Origin: Cycas panzhihuaensis
Taxonomy: Eukaryota > Plantae > Cycadophyta
NCBI GenBank assembly: GCA_023213395.1
Contig: CM041465.1
Coordinates: forward strand, 233,871,741 to 233,935,740
Direction: 5' to 3'
DNA length: 64,000 nt
The translations under genes were made by a program, and so were the position numbers. The notes under the pieces are model-generated. The model saw only the letters and a list, made by a program, of their open reading frames with translations. It was not told where the DNA came from and did no database searches. This document shows, piece after piece, positions 54,951-64,000 of this stretch (position 1 is its first letter; each line of letters opens with the position of its first letter).

Positions 54951-55291
54951 TGAAGAATAAAGAAATTCATATAATCTACAGTAGAAAACCCACAACAACA
55001 ATAACCAGCCACCTCCACTTAATACGGTATATCCAATACATCGAACACCATCAACATAATGAAAAAACACCCTAAATTAGGCTATATAAGAGAGTTATAC
55101 AAGACACAAATCTTGACCATAGAATTTGGGGTATTTTGAATAAACAATTCATGATTCTCTTTATAAATCCTACACCCCGACCAAGGGGATCCATATGGAT
55201 CCCCCTGGAGAAGTTTAAGGGGGAAACTACGCTACCAACTTATCAAAATTTTAGCCTCCAAAATATTGTTATCATATTATCTAACAAAAAT

Positions 55292-55849
55292 ATGCCATAG
55301 TTCTCTCACACATCAAAAATTGACATCATCAAATTAAAAAATAAAACTCAATATTACTAGGGTTTAATAAGTGGTTGACCATGGACTAGGGGAAAGTATC
55401 TCATGCATCATACCATGACCACTTTATACCTACATGTATATGAACCTTTACCATTATTGATAAGGTAATGATAACATTATTAATAACTAAGCATCAAACT
55501 TACATCCTACTAATATTTGGTGGCCATCTATTCATACATATAATGAGTCATAGATAATAATTTAATTAAAAGACTATGATTTTAATACTAAAGTAATACA
55601 ATATCTTACATAAACTTTGCTTATTTGGTGGCCATCTATTCATACATATAATGAGTCATAGATAATAATTTAATTAAAAGACTGTGATTTTAATACTAAA
55701 GTAATACAATATCTTACATAAACTTTGCTTATTTCCCATTATAAGATAACACACAAATTTATTGGATCTATACAACATTATATTTCTAGTGAGAGGATAA
55801 CTTCATTAAAATAACCTTTAGGGATAAAAACTTTTAGGAAGGGAGGGAT
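55292..55849 (+). pseudogene. Decayed gypsy integrase C-terminus/chromodomain and PPT; LTR starts at 55850
   Basis: TFTIIDKV and LHPT (GPF/Y module), KVIQYL, then GGAAGGGAGGGAT|TGTAG. Confidence 0.5.
55514..55734. repeat. 108-bp tandem duplication, near-identical
   Basis: Copies start at 55514 and 55622, one visible mismatch (ACTATG/ACTGTG), TATTT at the junctions. Confidence 0.92.
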
Positions 55850-56387
55850 TGTAGTGAGCCTAATTTATGCATAATTAGGTATTAATCATTAATGACAAAA
55901 AGGTGATAATTATTTATCCCAAAGACATGACATTTTATATTTGATAATATTTATACATTATCATTATAGTATTCTAACATCATTTAGTTTAATTTGTTTA
56001 ATGTTTATCTTTGGATAAATCTCAACCTTTGACCCAAAATGCTTCTGTTAATAAGCATCACAACTTTAGGTCACCTTAGGTTCTTCTACTACTAGGATGA
56101 AATTTATATAAGAATATAACCATGCATTAAGACACATAACTATTATTCACACTACTTCATAGGATATCTCTCATATATATAATATATCATTAAGAATTTA
56201 TAAATCTAATATTAAATCTTTTTATTAAAAGCATAACCTCTAACCCTGAAGGTTTTTGTAAAGGTTGACCTAAAGCTAAACTCAAGCCCTATTTAGTAGT
56301 GATTCATGTTGAGGGTTCTAACTCACCCATAACTAAAAGGTGTTGCCTCATCCATAATAGAAGGGTATTAGCTTACCATAGTCAAAG

Positions 56388-56784
56388 TGTTGGAGTTAAT
56401 AGTCATCACTCCACTCTCACCTTCCAACCAAGGGAGCATATCTCATCTTCCTCAATTTACACATGTGGGTGCTCAACATGTGTAGGTAAATTTAATTAAT
56501 TTGAGTTAAGTTTACTTTAAGTTAAGTTTGTATTATTTTATTGTAATTTAAATTTCAGGGGTTGAGGAGTTTCCCTCCTCCCCTAAAATTATATATATTG
56601 AGGGGTGTGAAACTCTGGTATCTTTAGACACTACCCATATTGGAACATTTGTATTACTCTTCTCTATCAATATGAATTGAATATATAATGATTCTTGTTT
56701 ATGCTATTGTGTAACATTGATCTATTGAGTTTTGATTATCTCTTTTATATTATGCCCTGTTCTCTTACAATTTTATTTCCTTCA
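56388..56784 (+). repeat. 5' LTR (397 bp)
   Basis: TGTTGGAGTT...TTCCTTCA. Confidence 0.92.
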
Positions 56785-57369
56785 TTTGGTATCAAAGCAT
56801 TTGGGCCTACATTATTTTTCCTTCATCTGGTATTAGAGCCAACGATTGCAGGCCTATTGAAATTTTTGTGAAGAAGAAGAAAGGTTTATTAGCATTTTGA
56901 GGTATATTTACTTATAGTAACAAATATTGGTCATATTTATTTTCTACATAATATTTCAGTAGTTTCATGTATTTTTCATCAGATTTGATTATCTTTGAGT
57001 TATATTTGTGAAATAATAAAGATATTTCAGATTTCTTCAGATTTATGCAGGCGTATAGCTAAAAAATAATAAAATATCAAGTTTTATCATTTTAAAAGAG
57101 GTTTTATCATCAAGTTTAATATATTTTTATCAATATTTGACATTTTTCAGGCATATTTTATCTATTATCTTATATTTTTCTAAATCTATATAGGATTTCA
57201 GCTACAAGCTATATTTTTTCAAAGTTTTCTTCAGATTTGAGTTATATTTTTTCATATATGCATATCTTATCATATATTTGACTATTTTCAAGAATATTTC
57301 TATCTATTTATCTAATATTTTTTAAGATCTGTGAAGGTTTTCAACTGCATGCAATATTCATACAAGTTT

Positions 57370-57852
57370 TCTTTAGGATCTACTATACTTTACTTCAGAT
57401 CTGCTAAATATTCTTTAGATCTGCCACATATTTTTTTAGATCTTCTTATTTTACTAAATATTTCACTATTTTCTGCCTTATATTTTTTAGATCTGCTATA
57501 CTTACGTCATATCTACAATATTTAGCTTAAAATCTACAATATTTATTCAAATTTACTTTAGATCTGCTATACTTATTTCAGATCTGCAATATTTATTAAA
57601 GTTTTTTTTCAGATCTGCTATATACTTTTTCAGATCTGTAATATTTATCAAGTTTTCTTTTAGATCTGCTACATCTTTTTAGATCTACTTATTTTGGTAA
57701 TTATTTTACCATTTTTTGCTATATTTTGTTCAAATCTGCTATATTTGGTTCAGATTTGCTATACTTATTTCAGATCTGTTATATTTTCTTTTAGATCTGC
57801 ATATTTTTCATCATATATTTGACCGTTTCTTTAATTTTTTTTCAGATCTGCA
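57370..57852. repeat. Degenerate tandem array, ~20-bp units with (C/T)AGATCTGCTA core
   Basis: Many AGATCT-cored units; counterpart of 482-757. Confidence 0.8.
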
Positions 57853-58633
57853 AGTCTTGGGTGCATATTCAGCCCAATAAAGCTTTCTGGAGAAGCATAT
57901 ACATTAAATCTGTCTACTAAAGAATGCGTTTAAAAGTTTAAAGAAGTCTGCTACAGCTGTTTACTAGGTTCTTCATACTTATTTTTTCATATCTAAAACA
58001 CATATTTCTCATTTCTGTGATATATCTACTTCACATATTTTGAAAATTTTTAAATACAAATATATATGCAATTTTTTCTGATATACTCTCTTCAAAATAT
58101 TTGAAAATTTTCTTGGTTCATTGTGTTTTTGTTATATGGCTATATTCTTCCATTAAATGCTTTTTACTATTATTATTTGAAGAATTTTTTGTGAAACCTC
58201 AAAGTATATTTGAAAGATTTCAATCACAATACTCATCTTTTGAGTTTTATATAAATATATATATTTTTTAAATATTTTCTGCTTTTGCTCCATTTGCTGA
58301 TGAGTCAGATCTCTCTTTACAACCTGCTAATAGGTTAAAAACACAAAAACAGACATATGAATCAGGTTTCATTTTTATCAAGCTATCTTTGAGTGTGATA
58401 TCAAAACATATTGAGTTGTAATATCCCAGTGTAGATGAGAAAACTAAAAGCACAAAAGCTTGTATAGTAGAAGCTCCATAATGTAATAAGAGAGAAGAAA
58501 AAAGGAAATTCATATGTGAAAAATTAACAGTAATATACTAGAAAACAACTTCTTTCATTAGCACTTGTTTCCATATTAAAATAGATCTTGAGTTTATATT
58601 TGAGATTGGTAACTAAGAAGGCAAAAGTTGATC

Positions 58634-58790
58634 TTGTCCATTTTGAGCATAACCTGCAATCATTGCATTTTAAGAAACCTATATTTCTTTTAGGCATTCT
58701 GTCAAATAGTTGGCATGCACATTTTATATTCCCATTCTGAGCATACCTTGTAATCATCGCAGTCTAAGAGACCAGATCTCTTAGAGACAT
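58634..58790 (-). pseudogene. PLS-class pentatricopeptide-repeat gene fragment (~1.5 repeats)
   Basis: MSLRDLVS*TAMITRYAQNGNIKCACQLFDRMPKRNI/(frameshift)VS*NAMIAGYAQNGQ; both Trp codons have become stops. Confidence 0.92.
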
Positions 58791-58799
58791 TTTCTTTTA

Positions 58800-58946
58800 G
58801 ACTATTCTTAAATGCTTTGCAACCTACACAAATCTAGCAATAACCTCCAACTCGTCCAATTATTGTGATATGAAGTGCCTTTCCACTACTTGAACTAACT
58901 GCTCCTTTGAAGGGTTAGGGCCTACCTCAACAAGATTGAAGTACCT
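58800..58946 (-). pseudogene. SAP30: SAP30-like (plant AFR1/AFR2-type) C-terminal Sin3-binding domain fragment
   Basis: RYFNLVEVGPNPSKEQLVQVVERHFISQ*LDELEVIARFV*VAKHLRIV vs the recalled plant motif RHFNLVDAIPNPSKEQLIDIVQRHFMSQQMDELQVIVGFVQAAKR. Confidence 0.85.
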
Positions 58947-59355
58947 CCTCGTGTAATAGCTGAGAAGGAAGAAAAATTACTGTTGTTTTTATTTGCCTGG
59001 CAATAATACTCTCTTGTCTATTACTCCACCCATAAAGCCAGCCATAGCCTGTGCATAAACACAGTTAACATTCAAATAAACTTCAGTTTAAAATTCTTCT
59101 GAAAACTTTATATTGCATTCTTCATAAGCATATTTAAAAAAGAAAAAGAAAGAAAAGGTGGCAACCTTGAAAGGTAAGCCACGTTCCTTTGCAGCATTAG
59201 TCTAGGCCGTATACCCACTACCCATATACTTGATATCACCATTTGTAATTATTGAAGGTCATCTCTGTTTCAAATCTCTCTAAAGCTATTGTCGTTTAAC
59301 ACTGACAGTGATATTCTTTTGCTTGTATTGACAATACTCTCTTAGTTATTAATAT
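58947..59355 (-). pseudogene. Two exons and a 117-nt intron from an unidentified host gene
   Basis: TTTTACAG acceptor; 190-nt exon 59166-59355 (..LREYCQYKQKNITVSVKRQ*L*RDLKQR*PSIITNGDIKYMGSGYTA*TNAAKERGLPFK); GT..T-rich..CAG intron 59049-59165; next exon AMAGFMGGVIDKRVLLPGK in phase. Confidence 0.6.
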
Positions 59356-61680
59356 CTGTAAAAATACTTTTAGATGTTCAAATTCATAGGTAGTTAAGCT
59401 TTACTTGAATCGATCAATCTCCATTTATTCTAGGTCAGTGCTTCAATATTTGAAAACTACATCTTTGACGCCCATTTCCTTGACTTTTACACTATTGTTG
59501 TTTATAGTTCTCAGTAAACAAGGCGGCGTGGTTGTATTGTTGCTTTTGTCTTCCCCCTAAGGCATGGTTACATGAAGACCCCATGCTCACTTTGTATTTT
59601 TTATTCAAGAGCTTGTCCCTCTGTTGAAGACGCCACATAAGCATCCCTCCATCTCCAAGAGAATATAAAGCAAAATAAACGGAATATAATACAAAAAGGA
59701 TAAAGGTGAACGCAGGCTCACCAAATATTCAGGGACTGTGTGTTTGTCCTTGTCAAAATAAGATGCTTATGAGCTCCCATAGCTAGATCCCCTCTATGCA
59801 GGCCCTCCATTCAGTTTGTATCTCCTCCATAGTGGCTTTCGTCTCCATTCTTGGCCCTCTGCAAATAGCACCATCTTGAATGAATGCCTTTGCATGTATC
59901 TACTCTTTACTTTCCATTCACAATGCCTGTTTGATTTTTGTTGGCGTCCTTCTGGTATGTTATCCTCGTGACTCCACAACGGTGGTGGCGTGCTCCATTC
60001 ATGCATCCCTCTGCAAATCTCAGCGTGGTGATGTCCACATGGAGAACGACAACGTCACAGCCATGGGTGGTGGCTGTTTTATTCAAAATTTCCTTTTTCT
60101 AATTTTTTTATTTCTTATAAAGTTTAAAAAATTTAATTAAATTTGATAATTTTTCAGTTCCTGGGTTATAAAGATATTAGCCCCTTTACCTTTTAGCCAC
60201 TGGTCCTATACATTACCATGTGACCTTTAGCCTATTTCAAAAGAGGGATAATAAGCTTTTATAACATTTTTTCTTTTGTTTTTTCTAATTTTTTCTTTAC
60301 TTCATATAGGGTAACTAGCATTTTTTTTTTTTTTTTTTACCATAACTTCTCACTAGGCCATTAGTTTCTAACGAAATAAGTTTTATTGTGTAAAAAAAAA
60401 TTCGTAGATTGATTTTGACTAGTCATATGACCCATTTGGACCTGATTTGACCCTATTTCAATCGATTCAAAGTTAGACATTCATTTTTTGAGCATTTTTT
60501 AAACTTTTTTATAAAATCACTTTTTTAACTAATTGTATCTTTTCACCGAAAGACTATTTTCCATCTAGATCTATTCTGTAGTTGACTACTATCAATAAAA
60601 TTCATTACCATCCATTTACTTTAATTTTTAAGAATTATTTTAATTGATCAAAGTGACACTTTAGTGTTTTTTAGCAATTTTTAAACATTTTTCCATAAAA
60701 GTACTAGTTACCATTTTCATTATAACTTTTCTATTTTATATCAGAATTCAGTTCCATCAGTTTTGTTGGGAAGGTGATTCACTCCCCTTCGATATGACAC
60801 TATTTTTTTTAAGTTTTGAAGTGTTTTTATAGATTTTCAAATCGATCAAAATGGAGGTACTTAATAGCCTCCAACCTACCATATTTACACATTTACATTT
60901 ATTATTTCTCAAAATTTTCAACTAAAAATATATGAAGTGGCTCTTTAAAATTTATGTGACCATTTTTTTCATCATTCTATAAGTATTTTATTAATATTTT
61001 TATGCTATTTTGAGCTCCCTACTCCTGTTTAGCCTCAAAAGGAGGATTGTACTTGCTTCATTAAATCTTATCTTATAATAATCCGTTTTCAAAACAATCA
61101 GTTCCATTATATACCTGTTTTATTAATCTTCATACTGGTGAAGTTTCATGTTATTCTGACATCGTTTCATATAGTTTTAAAGCTTCCAAACTTGAGGTTG
61201 TCCTTTAACCCTTCATTTTAAGGAGTATAATACATTTTTATTTAAAAGTTTCTTCATATTCTCTATATTTCAAAGTGAAATACTCATATATATTTTAGTT
61301 TCAGCATTATACATTATTATCAAGGCAAAGGAACATTATTCTTTGTATTTATCCATTTGAAGAAAATCAAAAGGTTAAGGTTTATTTCAGATTTGCATAT
61401 TTAAAAGAATATTTATTACATTCAAATTTGCTCTTATATTCACTTTATTTTAAAGTTTATTTGAAAGGAGTATACTTATTGAGAAGTATTTTTTATTCAC
61501 TATTAATAAAAAGATTATTTCTTTATTGCACCTATAAAAGTTACATTTAGTTGATTCATTTTCAAAGGGTATTACATCTTCTTCAAAAGTTTTATTTGAA
61601 ATCATATATGTTCATTGGTTTATTGACCTTTTTGATTCAGTAAAAGCATACCTTATATATACTAAAGTTTTTTTATTAAA

Positions 61681-62400
61681 ATGACACAATTTCCTATATT
61701 TGATGGGCACAATTTGTTAGTATAGCACAAAACTATAAAAGATTATTTCATTATACATAATGTTTGGAAATATTTGTAACTTGAATGTGATCTTAGTATT
61801 AAATAGAATTTTAGAAAGGATAATGAAGTCTTAGGACTATTATTTTACACTATAAATGATGGTGTTTTTTCTAAAGTTTTTGAATTAACTACTTCTAAAT
61901 CCATACGGGATGTATTAATTTCTACTTATGGGGGAGATACCCTCAATGTATTTGATGTCGATTTTGTTAAGCATGTGAGACATGTACTAGAACAAGTAGA
62001 TTATATTGAAAAGACCAAAGAAGATTCAGATCAAATATATGATCAGCTTGCTGTACAAGATCATGATCTTCCATTTGAGGGGGAGAATGAATATTATGAT
62101 GTGATAAAGGAGAGTTATAATGATTTGATAGTTGTTCACAATACAAAGTCTTTAAAAGATAAAGTTCAAGTTCAAAGTTTTCTTAATGTTCCAGTTGAAA
62201 AAGTCAAAGTTGTAGCTATTCATCTTTGTACAAATCAAGCTTCATTCAATTACAACTTTTTTGCACCACTTCATGATAGAAGGACACATGTTGCTAGAAG
62301 GTTAATGTAAGTTGATAATGATCAAGTTAAGAGATAAAATTTTAAAGTTTTTTTCAAGTATAAATTCCATAAGTTCAAAGAGAAGATACAAGTGTTCGTT
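61681..62400 (+). pseudogene. Shrunken copia gag N-terminus fused in frame to an RNase H C-terminal remnant
   Basis: MTQFPIFDGHN..VWKYL..RKDNEVLGLL..TTSKSIRDVLISTYGG (DUF4219/UBN2-like), acidic linker, AIHL..LHDRRTHVARR..DQV..KFHKFKEKIQV before the PPT. Confidence 0.7.
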
Positions 62401-62420
62401 ATGATTATTAAGGGAGAGAA

Positions 62421-62817
62421 TGTTAGAGTTAATAATCATCACTCCACTCCCACCTTCCAACTATGGGAGCATACCTCATCTTCCTCAATTTACACATGTG
62501 GATGCTCAACATGTGTAGGTAAATTTAGTTAATTTAAGTTAAGTTTACTTTAAGTTAAGTTTGTATTATTTTATTGTAATTTATATTTCAGGGGTTGAGG
62601 AGTTTCCCTCCTCCCAAAAAATTATATATATTGAGGGGTGTGCAACTCTGGTGTCTTTAGACAACGCCCATATTGGAACATTTGTATTACTCTTCTCTAT
62701 TAACATAGATTGAATATATAATGATTCTTATTTATGTTATTGTGTAATATTGATCTATTAAGTTTTGATTATCTCTTTTATGTTCTGCCCTGTTTTCATG
62801 CAATTTTATTTCCTTTA
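62421..62817 (+). repeat. 3' LTR (397 bp)
   Basis: TGTTAGAGTT...TTCCTTTA followed by CAAAG. Confidence 0.92.
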
Positions 62818-63236
62818 CAAAGAGTTCTAGTATACCTATAATTAATAATCAATAAAATTATTCCTCTACTTGATAAAATTAATTATTAAAATATTTATGC
62901 CATAATAATATAATAATAAGGAGAATTTATATTACTGTAATAAGTGAACCATGAACCAATTATATATGCTATAATTTATCATATTTACAATCACCTTATA
63001 TAGGCATAATTTTTAGTAAAACTTTCATCCCAATTAGGAAAGAAATAACCTTCATTGATATCATTCTTTAAGTTCCCTAATATTACTACAACGTTTCTCT
63101 TCTCACTCTTATTAGAACTATCTTAGTTCCTTAGGTTAGTGATCTAGTTTTAATACCCCAACCTCTTATAAGATCACATTGATAATTTATCTTCTTTAAG
63201 ACTTCTATAATTTGTACTACCTTGATAGGTCTTACA

Positions 63237-63760
63237 TGTTGGAAGTGAGATGTAAAGCATAAAAGAGATTAATGTATTAAGGTCATTTATGTAGATTAAT
63301 TATGTGACCTTAGAATATATTGTTAGCATTAGTCTCTTAATGAAATGCACTTTATGTGCATTTATATGTAATTTTGGGTTTACGTCATTAGGCGAGAAAA
63401 TCCTAACCCTATTGCTCACCCTCAATAATAAAAGATAAAATCTCAAAGAGGGTGTCATTATTTATTTTCACCTCCAAGCTTGCTCTCATATCTTATTTCA
63501 TCTTCTTTTTTATTCTCCATTGTCATTATGTGCATGTGAGTGATTTATCTCCTAGATCCATCTTTCCTTCATGTGGTATTAGAGCCAACAAAGTTTAAAA
63601 CTGGTCCTATGTATCGTGGTAGCATATTTAGAGATACGTGAAGGTGTTTGCTAGGTGGCATCGAGGAACACCGTGGTGGACATGCATGCCGCATAGGTAC
63701 AACTAACTCCTTGTGACGGGGGAGTGTTGGAGCACGTGACATTAACTATCATAAGAAAGT
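63237..63760 (+). mobile_element. Candidate TRIM-like element (LTR ~63237-63571, PBS, ~150-bp internal domain, PPT, truncated 3' LTR)
   Basis: TTCCTTCA-TG-TGGTATTAGAGCC at 63564-63586; GACGGGGGAG|TGTTGGA at 63715-63731; 5' LTR also starts TGTTGGA. Confidence 0.45.
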
Positions 63761-64000
63761 CCTCTTTCCAAATCACCTTGGGGTTTTTAGTGTAATGGAA
63801 ACCTGTGATAAGTGGTATCAGATCTAGAAGGGGATCTATTCACTCCATTCCACTTGCATAGAGTCATTTTTGCCTCTCTTTCACCTTCAATGTGAAGTAT
63901 TGAGAGTGCATTCATTATTTTTTTAATATCTTGATAGCTTGATATTATATTATTTTATAATTTATTACTTTATCTATATATGCAAAAATTTAGAGGTGAA

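Larger units (their letters stand above)
31181..55286 (-). repeat. Copia solo LTR split by the Tat insertion (pieces 31181-31417 and 54956-55286)
   Basis: Both pieces are homologous to the 44279 LTR; TG...CA ends; exact AAAAT TSD at 31176-31180 and 55287-55291. Confidence 0.85.
56388..62817 (+). mobile_element. Complete non-autonomous copia-derived LTR element carrying host-gene fragments
   Basis: LTRs 56388-56784 and 62421-62817; exact TSD CAAAG; PBS 56787 and 56828; PPT AAGGGAGAGAA 62410-62420; no PR/INT/RT. Confidence 0.93.

Noticed and set aside
53773-55075. Several ORFs in the Tat 3' LTR (and counterparts at 33227-34498)
   Set aside because: No recognisable domain; frames are not consistently conserved between the two LTRs; 54542 runs across the insertion junction.
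58530-58580. Possible Helitron 3' end (CTAG|T on the minus strand) bounding the cargo
   Set aside because: No convincing GC-rich hairpin upstream and no matching 5' TC terminus identified; no TIR pair found either.
58524-58757. PPR ORF as a functional host gene
   Set aside because: Only ~1.5 repeats, with stops and a frameshift, inside an LTR element.

Overview
AT-rich plant heterochromatin, most consistent with a gymnosperm (TatII-type elements, heavy CG/CHG C>T decay). It consists almost entirely of nested LTR retrotransposons and contains no intact host gene. Main components: (i) a 23.5-kb Ty3/gypsy TatII-type element (31418-54950) with ~3.2-kb LTRs, decayed gag-PR-RT-RH-INT, an antisense plant-mobile-domain ORF and a separate 3' archaeal-type RNase H ORF; it sits inside a copia solo LTR and itself carries a 5.3-kb Tork/Tnt1-like copia (44279-49568); (ii) further TatII relatives (a gag-PR-only copy, a solo LTR, a 3' fragment); (iii) two decayed chromoviruses; (iv) two members of a copia-derived family with 397-bp LTRs, tandemly repeated PBS units and AGATCT-core tandem repeats. 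The complete member (56388-62817, TSD CAAAG) is the most unusual object. It is non-autonomous, with only a shrunken gag/RNaseH remnant, and carries in antisense a chimera of host-gene fragments joined in one reading frame: an unidentified intron-containing gene, a SAP30/AFR Sin3-binding domain and PLS-type PPR repeats. All family assignments come from motif recognition by eye; no database search was run.
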